Position numbers and translations under genes: made by a program. A model generated the notes under the pieces. The model saw nothing but the letters and a program-made list of their open reading frames with translations, searched no databases and was not told the DNA's origin. Positions 45,997 to 55,111 of a stretch of 64,000 nt of DNA are shown one piece after another. Source of the DNA: Candidatus Levyibacteriota bacterium (GTDB lineage Bacteria; Patescibacteriota; Microgenomatia; Levybacterales; UBA12049); the NCBI GenBank assembly GCA_016182185.1, contig JACOXU010000001.1, positions 338,915 through 402,914 of the forward strand. The letters are read 5' to 3'. Within the stretch, counting starts at the first letter, position 1. Each line of letters opens with the position of its first letter.

Positions 45997-48747
45997 TCAA
46001 TTAGGATAATGACAATGTTTATATTTAATTGGGGTTCCGTCCGATTTTTTCGCTCCGCACCAGCATGGGCCATTACGGCCCAGCTTTTTGGGCTTATTAG
46101 CTATTTGTCCTTCGTTATTTGACTTATTATTGCTTGATTGATTCTTACTTACCTCTCGTGACTCCAATTGTTTAGAAACAGTTGTTTCGCCTGCTGCCTG
46201 AGTTGTGACATGATGGTGGTGGTGCGCAACAGGGGCTTGTCTTTGCTCAACCTGAATTTTATAGATTCTATGCACAATCCCATCATCTATTCCTGCTATC
46301 AATTTTTCAAACATATCAAAGGCTTCGTTCTTATATTCAACCAGCGGATCTCTTTGTCCGTAACCCCGAAGCCCTATTCCTGAACGAAGATTCTCGATTG
46401 CATCCAGGTGGTCTATCCAAAGATTGTCAATCACTGAAAGCATTACAAATTTTTCCACCTGTCTGGTAAGTTCAGCTCCAATTTGTTCTTCACGATTTTT
46501 ATAAATATCCTTTGCCAAAGATGATAAAAAGTTTATTTTTTCATCTGAAGTTAAAAATTGCTCCAGCTGTTTGACAAGATGTTTTTTTGATTCATCGTCG
46601 AAGGGAATGATCGTTGCGAACTCTTGAATTATTTCCTCATTTATTGACTCCTGCCCGTCTGTTACTTCGGAAACTTGCGCATTAACGATCATGGAAATAA
46701 GACTGTCAATTTTTTCCAAAATTTCATCTTTAAGATCTTTACTCTCCGAAGAGACTTCCAAAATTTTCCTTCGTCTCTTGTAGACTATTTCTCTCTGCTT
46801 ATTTAGTACATCATCATATTCAACCAGATGTTTTCTGATATCAAAATTAAACCGCTCAACCTTACTTTGTGCCTGTTCGATAGCGCGGGAAACAATTCCG
46901 TGCTGAAGAGGAACATCCTCTGGCATATTGAATCTGGTCATTATTCCCGCAATTGTCTCTCCTCCAAAAAGCCTCATTATTTCATCATCCAAGGCGACAA
47001 AGAAAAGTGATTTTCCAGGATCTCCCTGACGTCCTGATCTTCCCCGCAACTGATTGTCGATTCTTCGAGATTCATGCCTTTCAGTTCCGATTACATATAA
47101 TCCACCCAGATCAATAAGTTCTTCGTGCTTTTTCTCCCATATCTTCCACTGGGAAGAATCTCTTTTTTCCTGACCGTCTTTATTCTTTGGAGCATCTCCT
47201 CCTAAAACAATATCAACCCCTCTTCCTGCCATATTTGTCGCAACCGTTATAGCTCCTTTTTCTCCCGCTTTAGCGATAATTTCTGCTTCCCTTTCATGAT
47301 TTTTGGCATTTAAAACTTCGTGCTTTATGCCTTTTCTTCTCAAAAGCTGTGAGATGATTTCGTTTTTATCAATCGATGTAGTTCCCACCAAAACCGGCTG
47401 TCCCTTTTTATATGCCGTTTCAATTTCTGCCGCAACTGCGGATAGTTTTGCTCTTCCTGTTTTATAGACAACATCTGACTGATCCTCTCTTACCATTGGC
47501 TTGTTTGTAGGAATTACGACGACATCGAGTTTGTAGATTTTGTGAAATTCTTCTGCTTCTGTTACGGCGGTTCCTGTCATTCCTGCAAGTTTTTCATACA
47601 TACGGAAATAATTCTGAAGAGAAACAGTCGCTAGAATCTTCGATTCTTTTTGAACAGGGACTCCTTCTTTGGCTTCAATTGCCTGATGTAGTCCTTCGGA
47701 TAATCTTCTTCCCATCATAAGTCTTCCTGTAAACTCATCTACCAGAATGACTTCATTTTCTTTGACAATATAATCTTTTTCTTTATGGAATAACGTTCTT
47801 GCCTTAAGCGCTGCCTCCAAATGATAAACAGTATCAAAATCTTTTTCGTAAATATTTGAGACTCCATAAAGTTTCTCAATTTTACTTATCCCGTGATCTG
47901 TAAGATGAGCGGTTCGAAGTTTCTCATCTATTTTGTAGTCAAGATCCGGAGTCAGTTTTTCTACGATCTTTGCGTATTCAAAATATTTCTGAGCTGGCGC
48001 CTCATCGGGCGCTGAGATTATATGTGGAGTTCTTGCTTCATCGATGAGAACTGAATCAACCTCATCGACAATTGCAAAATGATGGCCCTTTTGTACGAGA
48101 CCATTAATATCTTGAGCCATATTATCACGCAAATAATCAAAACCGAATTCTGAGTTTATGCCATATACCACATCCGCTTCATAAGCTTCTTTTCTGCTTA
48201 CGGGTTTTAGGTGTGCCAAGCGAAAATCCCATGTGTCCTTATCCAAAAAGCTGGGATCATATATAAATGATTGCTCATTAATTAAAGACGAAACCTTAAG
48301 ACCTAAGAGATGAAAAATTGGCCCCATCCAACCGGCATCACGCCTTGCTAGATAATCATTCACTGTAACAAGATGCACATTTTTGCCTGTCAGACTGTTG
48401 AGATAAAGCGCAGGCACGGCAGACAAGGTCTTTCCTTCACCTGTTTTTTGTTCGGCGATCTTGCCACTTGCCAAAACAATTCCTGCCATAAGCTGAACAT
48501 CAAAATGACGTTGGCCAATAGTTCTTCTTGCCGCTTCCCGGACAAGCGCGAATGCCTGAGGCAAAACGAGCTCGAGCGGTTCACCGTCTGAAATTATTTC
48601 TTCTAATTCCTTTGTTTTTTTGGGGAATGATTCGTCTTTTAGTTTTTTGGCTTTTTCCTCAAAACTATTTATTTCATCGACAATTGGCCTAAGTTTATTG
48701 ATCTCTTTTTCATTCGAATCAAAAAATTTATTAAATGGATTTAACAT
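45997..48747 (-). CDS. secA: preprotein translocase ATPase SecA
   Basis: DEAD-like motor motifs. C-terminal zinc finger CWCGAKKSDGTPIKYKHCH. Internal HHHHH run. ATG at 48745-48747 (MLNPFNKFF) preferred over the TTG at 48777, which lies inside the terminator U-tract. Confidence 0.9.
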   Translation of the reverse strand: MLNPFNKFFDSNEKEINKLRPIVDEINSFEEKAKKLKDESFPKKTKELEEIISDGEPLELVLPQAFALVREAARRTIGQRHFDVQLMAGIVLASGKIAEQKTGEGKTLSAVPALYLNSLTGKNVHLVTVNDYLARRDAGWMGPIFHLLGLKVSSLINEQSFIYDPSFLDKDTWDFRLAHLKPVSRKEAYEADVVYGINSEFGFDYLRDNMAQDINGLVQKGHHFAIVDEVDSVLIDEARTPHIISAPDEAPAQKYFEYAKIVEKLTPDLDYKIDEKLRTAHLTDHGISKIEKLYGVSNIYEKDFDTVYHLEAALKARTLFHKEKDYIVKENEVILVDEFTGRLMMGRRLSEGLHQAIEAKEGVPVQKESKILATVSLQNYFRMYEKLAGMTGTAVTEAEEFHKIYKLDVVVIPTNKPMVREDQSDVVYKTGRAKLSAVAAEIETAYKKGQPVLVGTTSIDKNEIISQLLRRKGIKHEVLNAKNHEREAEIIAKAGEKGAITVATNMAGRGVDIVLGGDAPKNKDGQEKRDSSQWKIWEKKHEELIDLGGLYVIGTERHESRRIDNQLRGRSGRQGDPGKSLFFVALDDEIMRLFGGETIAGIMTRFNMPEDVPLQHGIVSRAIEQAQSKVERFNFDIRKHLVEYDDVLNKQREIVYKRRRKILEVSSESKDLKDEILEKIDSLISMIVNAQVSEVTDGQESINEEIIQEFATIIPFDDESKKHLVKQLEQFLTSDEKINFLSSLAKDIYKNREEQIGAELTRQVEKFVMLSVIDNLWIDHLDAIENLRSGIGLRGYGQRDPLVEYKNEAFDMFEKLIAGIDDGIVHRIYKIQVEQRQAPVAHHHHHVTTQAAGETTVSKQLESREVSKNQSSNNKSNNEGQIANKPKKLGRNGPCWCGAKKSDGTPIKYKHCHYPN

Positions 48748-48773
48748 ACAGATAATCTTACCATAAATCAGCC

Positions 48774-48812
48774 TCAAAAAAAATCCCCTCCTTCTTTTGG
48801 AAAGAGGGGATT
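48774..48812 (-). terminator. strong intrinsic terminator / attenuator hairpin between mini-ORF and secA
   Basis: Minus-strand RNA AAUCCCCUC-13 nt loop-GAGGGGAUU followed by U8. Sits 26 nt upstream of the secA ATG. Confidence 0.65.
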
Positions 48813-48852
48813 ACCAACTGATCAATTGGTAATGCTCCAAATAGCCTACCAA

Positions 48853-48885
48853 TTACTTCTTCTTCTTCTTTTTTTTCTTTGCCAT
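48853..48885 (-). CDS. candidate leader peptide MAKKKKKKKK (10 codons: ATG GCA AAG AAA AAA AAG AAG AAG AAG AAG TAA)
   Basis: Preceded at 48891-48904 by AAAGGAGGTGATCC, which is 13-14 nt complementary to the 16S 3' end, with a 5-nt spacer. Followed by overlapping inverted repeats and the terminator. Confidence 0.4.
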   Translation of the reverse strand: MAKKKKKKKK

Positions 48886-49012
48886 GTTACGGATCACCTC
48901 CTTTTTAGAAAAATATTAATTTAATCGTGAATAATTTTAAAAAATTTGTCAAGTAAAATACCTTGCTTCAAAATGATGATTTTAGGTTGAAATGACGGCA
49001 AAAATCACAATC

Positions 49013-50278
49013 TTATTTTTTGGGTTTTATTACTGTTTTTCCGATATATTTTTGTAAAATTTTTGGGACCATTACGCTTCCATCTTTTTCTTGATAATTT
49101 TCAAGAATAGCAATTATAGTCCTGCCAATTGCAAAAGCTGTACCGTTTAAAATATGCACAAATTTTTTCTCACTTTTATCTTGTACCTTAATATTTAATC
49201 TTCTTGCCTGAAAATCAGTAGTTGTTGAAATAGAATGAGTTTCTCTGTATCTTTTTTGTGAAGGGATCCATGTTTCTACATCAATAGTTTCTGCAGAGGG
49301 AAAACTCAAGTCGCCTGTCGCCAGTCTCACCAATTGATAAGAAAGGCCCAAATCCTGCATCATGCTTTCAACGAGTGCTTGTAATTTTTCTCGCTCCTTT
49401 CTGTCATCTTCAGGTTTTACAAATGAAACCATTTCAATTTTATCAAACTGATGGACCCTGAATATTCCTCTCGTATCTTTTCCGTAGGTCCCTGCTTCTC
49501 TTCTGAAACATGAAGAAAATATTACATATCTTTTAGGTAAATCTTTTTCAGAAAAGATTTCATCCTTGTGCATGGGGACTACTGAATGCTCCCCCGTACC
49601 TGCAAGATATAGATCTAAGGATTTAACTTGTTCGTTTTCTGAGAGTTCATAATCTCTGACAAAATAATAATTTTCATTCCCTCCTTGCTGCCAATAACCA
49701 AGCCCTTCTGTAATCTCTCTTTTTATTAGAACTGGTGGAATAAGAGGAATAAATCCTTCATCTCTTAGTTTTTCCATCACAAATTGAACTAGACCAAACT
49801 CAAGAAGAACGGCTTCATTTTTAAGATATCCGAATCGACTGCCTGAGACTTTTGCAGCTTTTGTTACATCAATAATATCTAATGATTCTCCAAGAGTTAA
49901 ATGGTCTCGCGGTTCAAAGTCAAATTTTTTAATCTCCCCTACTTTCTTAATGACTTCATTTCTTGATTCGTCACCGATGGGTACATCCTTAAGAGGTAAA
50001 TTGGGAATTTTCAGCAATAGCTCTTTTATTCGGTCTTCGAGAGATCTTAATTCATGTTCTTCTTTTTCTAGTTTTTCTTTGATCTTTTTTCCTTTTTCAA
50101 TATTTTTCTCTCTTGCCGCAACATTTCTTTCTTCTCTTAATTTTTGTACGGATAAGGAAAGTTCTTTTTGCTTGCTATCAGTTTCTAGAATATGTTTTAT
50201 ATCAACATCAGAACCTTTATTTCTGATTCCCTTTTGCACAGTCTCCCCGTTTTCCCTAATAAATTTGATATCTAGCAT
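49013..50278 (-). CDS. serS: seryl-tRNA synthetase
   Basis: 421 aa. N-terminal coiled-coil tRNA-binding arm. Class II motifs in the C-terminal core (FRREAGTYG, GTAFAIGR). Confidence 0.9.
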   Translation of the reverse strand: MLDIKFIRENGETVQKGIRNKGSDVDIKHILETDSKQKELSLSVQKLREERNVAAREKNIEKGKKIKEKLEKEEHELRSLEDRIKELLLKIPNLPLKDVPIGDESRNEVIKKVGEIKKFDFEPRDHLTLGESLDIIDVTKAAKVSGSRFGYLKNEAVLLEFGLVQFVMEKLRDEGFIPLIPPVLIKREITEGLGYWQQGGNENYYFVRDYELSENEQVKSLDLYLAGTGEHSVVPMHKDEIFSEKDLPKRYVIFSSCFRREAGTYGKDTRGIFRVHQFDKIEMVSFVKPEDDRKEREKLQALVESMMQDLGLSYQLVRLATGDLSFPSAETIDVETWIPSQKRYRETHSISTTTDFQARRLNIKVQDKSEKKFVHILNGTAFAIGRTIIAILENYQEKDGSVMVPKILQKYIGKTVIKPKK

Positions 50279-50289
50279 AAATTCACATC

Positions 50290-50907
50290 CTAAATCCTGA
50301 TTATTAATTCTCTTGTTATTATCGGTTTTAGCTTCTGGATTGCTTTATATCTATGATTATACAACTTTTGCTCATCAGCGGTTAGATCGTTTTCATGATA
50401 ATATTTTCTAATTTTAGGAAGATAAAAAAAACTGCGGTATGGGTATCCTTTGAGTAATTTAAGATGCGGTTTTTTGGCAATGATTCCCTTGACCTGGCCA
50501 TATGAACTCCAAACCTGACCGTTGGGCAGTGCAAAAGAAATAACGGTTTTGAAGAATGCTTCTCTTTTATTATCGGAAATTTTCAATGAGAGTTTTTTCA
50601 TGTGATCGATTATTTTTTCATCAGTGGAATTTTTTCCAATCCATCGCCTGCTTTTTACACCGGGCCCCCCTCCTAGTGCCGTAATTTCTATTCCTCCGTC
50701 ATCCGCAATTGCCGCAATTGCGGATTTTTTGGCATAAAAAATTGCCTTATTTCGTGAATTTTCTTTATATGTTTTTCCCTTTTCCTCAAATTCGTCTTCA
50801 ATGCCCATATCCGATAAGGAAAGTGTCTTTATCGGTAAGTCTGATAGAAATTGCGAAATTTCTTTCAGCTTACCTTGATTTCTTGTCGCAATAAGAAGTT
50901 TATTCAT
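50290..50907 (-). CDS. rdgB: non-canonical purine NTP pyrophosphatase (RdgB/Ham1 family)
   Basis: LIATRNQGKLKEI Ham1 N-terminal signature. Confidence 0.85.
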   Translation of the reverse strand: MNKLLIATRNQGKLKEISQFLSDLPIKTLSLSDMGIEDEFEEKGKTYKENSRNKAIFYAKKSAIAAIADDGGIEITALGGGPGVKSRRWIGKNSTDEKIIDHMKKLSLKISDNKREAFFKTVISFALPNGQVWSSYGQVKGIIAKKPHLKLLKGYPYRSFFYLPKIRKYYHENDLTADEQKLYNHRYKAIQKLKPIITRELIIRI

Positions 50908-52397
50908 TAAGCAGAGGCGATCTCTTCAAAGCGTTTCTTTACCAGATTCTTATTCTCCAAAATCAGCCATGCTGCTTTTGGCCCGTGGTCTTTCCCAATG
51001 ATAGAAATATAAAGAGCCTGAAATGCCTCATTGGAGGAAAGATTTATCTCTTTTGCCCATTCATAAAGCTGCCTCTGAAATTCTTCAGCGCCCCATTCTT
51101 TTTCAAGCTCTCTGGAAACTTTTCCAAGAAACTCTTTTTGTTTGACGCCTAATTTTGCAACATCTTCTGGAATTTTTTCTTTGATCTCAAACTTAACCTC
51201 ATCGGATGCATATTTTTTAAGCCAGACTTTTACATAATTTGTCCATTCTTCAAGATTTTCTTTTTTAATCTGGTCTTCCATATTGGGCATTTGTACCCAT
51301 TGAGTAAGAATATTAAATCGTAATTTGGGAGGTTTTAAGTCAGTGTTTATCTGGGAAAAAATATAAGATCGCCTAAGATAATCCTCGTTTGACTGCGCTG
51401 CTTTTTGATAGTCATCATACAGTTTTGGAATAACATCTGTTTGATTTGGATTAAATTCAATTGCCTGATTCGGAGGCGTTTTGATCATAAGAAACCGGAT
51501 TAATTGAGGCGGTAAAACTTCGAGAAGCTCTTCTCCGGTAAGCCCCAATCCTTTTGATGAGGACATTTTCCTGCCGTCATAAAGAAAAAATTCGTAGGGG
51601 AGAGCAAGAGGAGGCTCTTTGCCGAAAACATCTTTGCAAATCTTTCTTGCCACATCATACGTACCGCCTGCTGAAGCATGATCTTTGCCGGCTGCCTCAA
51701 TGGTGACACCAAATGTCCACCATTTTGCCGCCCACTCAACCTTAAAAGGCATCGTGGCCTTTCCATCATATGGAGAAATTTTTCCGGTGAATTCACAACC
51801 TTTGGCCCATTTAACTTTATCGGGCTTACAGATAAAAGAAACTTCTTTCCCATCCCAATTGGTTACCTCTGTAGTACCAACTTTCCCGCAATGGGGACAA
51901 ACTATCTGAAGAGGGTACCAGTCCGCCAGCTGGCGGATTTCTTTCTTGTACATATTGGCATATACCTTACGGACTCCATCAGCATTATTTAAAACAAATT
52001 CAATTGCTTTATTGTAAACTCCTTTTTTATAATAATCAGAGGCCAGATATATATCGGCATCAATATCGAGCCGATCAAATAGGTCCCTCATCATGTTGCC
52101 GTAATAATCACCGAATGAACCCTTACCATCGGGACTTGGAGCATTACAGATAGGAATTCCCATATATTTCCCATGAGTTTTTTCGAGATGTTCCGGAAGT
52201 CCGTCGATTGCATCCATGTCGTCGAACCCGAAAGTGTAATTAACTTTCCTGTTTTTCTTCTTTAGAATTTTGAATAAAACATCATGAATAACAGGACCCT
52301 TTAAACCTCCCATGTGGACAATACCCGATGGCGTCCAGGCATCATTTATCCATTCCTCTCCGGTTCGACCTTCCAATAATTTATCCGCCCAAAACAT
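50907..52397 (-). CDS. lysK: lysyl-tRNA synthetase, class I (archaeal-type)
   Basis: Class I HIGH-variant (GIVHMGG) and KMSKS-variant (GRKMSSSKG). 496 aa. Architecture of LysRS-I rather than the bacterial class II LysS. Confidence 0.85.
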   Translation of the reverse strand: MFWADKLLEGRTGEEWINDAWTPSGIVHMGGLKGPVIHDVLFKILKKKNRKVNYTFGFDDMDAIDGLPEHLEKTHGKYMGIPICNAPSPDGKGSFGDYYGNMMRDLFDRLDIDADIYLASDYYKKGVYNKAIEFVLNNADGVRKVYANMYKKEIRQLADWYPLQIVCPHCGKVGTTEVTNWDGKEVSFICKPDKVKWAKGCEFTGKISPYDGKATMPFKVEWAAKWWTFGVTIEAAGKDHASAGGTYDVARKICKDVFGKEPPLALPYEFFLYDGRKMSSSKGLGLTGEELLEVLPPQLIRFLMIKTPPNQAIEFNPNQTDVIPKLYDDYQKAAQSNEDYLRRSYIFSQINTDLKPPKLRFNILTQWVQMPNMEDQIKKENLEEWTNYVKVWLKKYASDEVKFEIKEKIPEDVAKLGVKQKEFLGKVSRELEKEWGAEEFQRQLYEWAKEINLSSNEAFQALYISIIGKDHGPKAAWLILENKNLVKKRFEEIASA

Positions 52398-52439
52398 AAG
52401 CTTATTATACAGCCTAAAATTTAAAAATGCAGTAAAATA

Positions 52440-53096
52440 TTACGAAGAAATTTGCGGATTCTTCCAAAGCATTACTATTCCGAAGTTTCGGCTTTGGGTA
52501 TCGGGTTCAAAATTGGGGATCACTTTTGCAATATAAAAACCTTGTCTCTCATAAAATCTTATTTCAGGATCATACGTATCGCCTTTCTCATTTTTAAGTT
52601 TCAAATATTCATCAGGAGAAATATCTCCATTTTGTCTGCAGTACGGATCGAAACCTGGAATTCTTGCTCCCAAATAAAGGTATTTTAGTCCCAACTTCTT
52701 CGTAAGCTCTATTTGAGACTGAACAAGCTTGCCTCCAATTCCCTGTCCTTGGGCATCTGCCGAAACTCCAACTGACACGACATACAATGCATTTCCGGAA
52801 GAATCATGAGTTTTTTCAATCATTCCGTTATCGGTTATTTCATCCCATGTACGAGTAGCTGAAGGGTCATAAGTGGTAATCAAAGATGTAGTTACTCCTT
52901 TTATCTGCCCACTAAATTTCAAAACAAAAAAACCATCCGGAAAAATTCTTAGTCTCGAGGCAAATTTTTCCTTTGTAGCCTGAAGTTCCGACGGCCATGC
53001 ACTTTTTTCAACGGAAATTACTTGCTCTAAAAAGTGGTCTTTATCGCTTCCTGAGATATTTTTTGCGGATTCAATCATTATTGAGTCTGTCATCAA
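52440..53096 (-). CDS. GNAT family N-acetyltransferase
   Basis: Motif A VSADAQGQGIGGKLV (Q/RxxGxG/A). Confidence 0.7.
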   Translation of the reverse strand: MMTDSIMIESAKNISGSDKDHFLEQVISVEKSAWPSELQATKEKFASRLRIFPDGFFVLKFSGQIKGVTTSLITTYDPSATRTWDEITDNGMIEKTHDSSGNALYVVSVGVSADAQGQGIGGKLVQSQIELTKKLGLKYLYLGARIPGFDPYCRQNGDISPDEYLKLKNEKGDTYDPEIRFYERQGFYIAKVIPNFEPDTQSRNFGIVMLWKNPQISS

Positions 53097-53939
53097 TTAA
53101 TGCTGTTGATTTGAGGCTTTACCATTTTCATCTTCCAAGATTCCCCATACATTTCCTTCAGCATAAGTTGCTGTATTTTCTCCAACAATCCAAACACCGG
53201 TCTGACCGCATCTCCAAACATTTGGCCGCAACTGTCGCCATTTATCAGGAGTATAAGTTGATCTGTATTCGTTAAATTGTTCGATAGGTACATCTGGAAC
53301 CATCATCGCATAATCATCGACTCTTAGAATCATCATTCCATTTCTAGTAAGTGCCCTTAACCACGCATCTTTAGGCAAATTATCAGGTCTTTTTAAATGT
53401 GAGTATTGGGTAAAATTCGCTCGAGGATTATCATGACTATAGTCACCGAATTGACTAGGTCTAAAAGATCCCATTATATGCTTTATGTCAATAGTGCTTC
53501 TGAGTGTTTTTACTGCAGTAATGATATCTTGAGTAAAACCCTGCCCTTGAAACTCTGGATGAATATTGATAGACATCATTCCAACTGCATTTCCATCAGG
53601 AACAAAAGTTTTTTCATAAGTTGATGGAATTCCTGCCAATTCATCCCAAGTCGGTAGATTATCAGGATTCCCATCATAATTGAATCTATTAAGTGAAATG
53701 CTTGCTATCGGACGCTCACCTTTCCAAATTGCAAGCTGTCCCTCGGGAAAAACTTCTGCTCTTTTTGCCAAAGTTTCAGGATTTGCACGAAGCCAAGGTG
53801 CCCAATTCGGAACTTCAAGTTCTTCGTATATTTTTTGGGCTTCTTCGGGCTTATATGCTCTTAGTTCATATCCATTTTGGATATTATTCTCGGGTCCGAC
53901 TGGTGCTTCCATAGCTATCCTTTCTAGTCTTTGTGTCAT
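53097..53939 (-). CDS. GNAT-like acetyltransferase domain protein (higher local GC)
   Basis: INIHPEFQGQGFTQDII motif A-like. 280 aa. Abuts the downstream GNAT gene with no gap. Confidence 0.5.
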   Translation of the reverse strand: MTQRLERIAMEAPVGPENNIQNGYELRAYKPEEAQKIYEELEVPNWAPWLRANPETLAKRAEVFPEGQLAIWKGERPIASISLNRFNYDGNPDNLPTWDELAGIPSTYEKTFVPDGNAVGMMSINIHPEFQGQGFTQDIITAVKTLRSTIDIKHIMGSFRPSQFGDYSHDNPRANFTQYSHLKRPDNLPKDAWLRALTRNGMMILRVDDYAMMVPDVPIEQFNEYRSTYTPDKWRQLRPNVWRCGQTGVWIVGENTATYAEGNVWGILEDENGKASNQQH

Positions 53940-54013
53940 AATTGTAGATTAATACCTAAAATAAAACAAGAATTCTTTAATTGTATATAAAAACAGATAT
54001 TTGTCAATTTTTA

Positions 54014-54025
54014 GTAAATATTTAC
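54014..54025. promoter_or_regulatory. perfect 12-bp palindrome GTAAATATTTAC in AT-rich divergent promoter region (TTGTCA at 54001, TAAAAT at 54034)
   Basis: Read directly. Shares the GTAAA/TTTAC half-sites with the palindrome upstream of the mazG-like gene. Confidence 0.35.
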
Positions 54026-54055
54026 AAATTTAATAAAATATGTTAAAATTTTAAC

Positions 54056-54568
54056 ATGATTACTGTACCTGAGGCAACACAAACAATTATAAAAAGATCC
54101 AGATATCTTACCGAGGCAATTTCAAAAGGAATTATTAATAATTCTTCACTCGCCCGTTATATAAAACCCGAGATAGAAGAAATGCTGGTAAAAAAAGTGA
54201 GTATTTCTTCAATTATAATGGCGCTTAAGAGGGTGTCTTCAGAGATTAAGCCTAAATATTTTACTGGCAACGTTTTCAAAACTCCCCCGCAGATAATTGT
54301 TCATTCTAATTTGGATTCTAAAGAAACGAAAGGTCTTGGAACACAAGAATTCAAACTGAAAGACTTATCATCAATTACAATTAAGCTCCCCTACGAGGCA
54401 ATAAAAACACCAGGAATCCTTTATTTCTTTGTAAAATCTATTGCCTGGGAAGGGATAAATATAATAAAAGTTGAGACTTCTGCTTCCGGAATCTCTCTAA
54501 TTTTTGAGAAAAAGGATATAAACAGGGCATTCAGTATTATTCAATCTTTGTTCTCTAAATCTGTTTGA
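54056..54568 (+). CDS. hypothetical protein (possible ACT-like regulatory domain)
   Basis: 170-aa ORF. The beta-alpha-beta-beta-alpha-beta-like alternation in the C-terminal half is only suggestive. Confidence 0.35.
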   Translation: MITVPEATQTIIKRSRYLTEAISKGIINNSSLARYIKPEIEEMLVKKVSISSIIMALKRVSSEIKPKYFTGNVFKTPPQIIVHSNLDSKETKGLGTQEFKLKDLSSITIKLPYEAIKTPGILYFFVKSIAWEGINIIKVETSASGISLIFEKKDINRAFSIIQSLFSKSV

Positions 54569-54571
54569 AGA

Positions 54572-55039
54572 TTATTTAACGGAAACTATCGAGTAAACAA
54601 CTTTTCCTGCCGGGGCTTCTACCTCAATCTTCTCACCTACTTTTTTACCGATGAGAGCTTTCCCAAGAGGAGATTCATGAGATATTTTTTTCTCCTTGGG
54701 ATCTGCTTCCCATTCGCCAACCACAGTAAAAATTTCTTTCTTGCCTTTGATATTAAGGGTAACCGTTGATCCTAATTTCACTATTTTACCTGTTTTATGA
54801 TTTTCTTCTATAACAATTGCCTGTCTTAGGAGCTCTTCGAGTTCATCAATTCTTCCATCAATAAAAGAAAGCTCTTCCCTTGCTGCCACATATTCAGCGT
54901 TTTCTGAAAGATCCCCCATATCTCTTGCCTGAGAAACACGAGTCAGAATATCAGGGCGTTTAATTTTGGCAAGCTCCTCGTATTCTTTCTTAAGCTCAGA
55001 AAGCCCCTCGCGTGTTAAGTATATTTTTTTATCTGTCAT
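54572..55039 (-). CDS. greA: transcription elongation factor GreA
   Basis: 155 aa. N-terminal coiled-coil with DLSENAEY acidic tip. C-terminal FKBP-like domain. Confidence 0.9.
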   Translation of the reverse strand: MTDKKIYLTREGLSELKKEYEELAKIKRPDILTRVSQARDMGDLSENAEYVAAREELSFIDGRIDELEELLRQAIVIEENHKTGKIVKLGSTVTLNIKGKKEIFTVVGEWEADPKEKKISHESPLGKALIGKKVGEKIEVEAPAGKVVYSIVSVK

Positions 55040-55060
55040 AATCTTTTCTTATAAAACAAA

Positions 55061-55090
55061 ATCCCTCGGTATATTTAAAAACTGAGGGAT
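55061..55090 (-). terminator. hairpin ATCCCTC...GAGGGAT followed by U-rich tract, located in the greA 5' leader and downstream of the coaD-like gene
   Basis: Read directly. 7-bp GC-rich stem, a large loop, and a UUUUGUUUU tail on the minus strand. Confidence 0.45.
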
Positions 55091-55111
55091 GATTTTCTTT
55101 AAAACAAAGCC

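Noticed and set aside
45931-46122. 63-aa plus-strand ORF and a tRNA-like GCTCCGCACCA string near 46050
   Set aside because: Lies inside and antisense to the secA C-terminal zinc-finger coding region. No cloverleaf can be built.
48775-48777. TTG start giving SecA an MRLIYGKIIC N-terminal extension
   Set aside because: The TTG lies inside the terminator U-tract and has no RBS. The conserved SecA N-terminus begins at the ATG at 48745-48747.
48886-48906. Top-strand GTTACGGATCACCTCCTTTTT looks like the 3' terminus of 16S rRNA
   Set aside because: No rRNA body upstream, since the region is flanked by serS and secA. It is the reverse complement of an extended Shine-Dalgarno for the minus-strand mini-ORF.
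49013-52439. Looked for T-box leaders upstream of serS and lysK
   Set aside because: Both genes are preceded by only short spacers or overlapping genes. No AGGGUGGNACCGCG T-box core is present.
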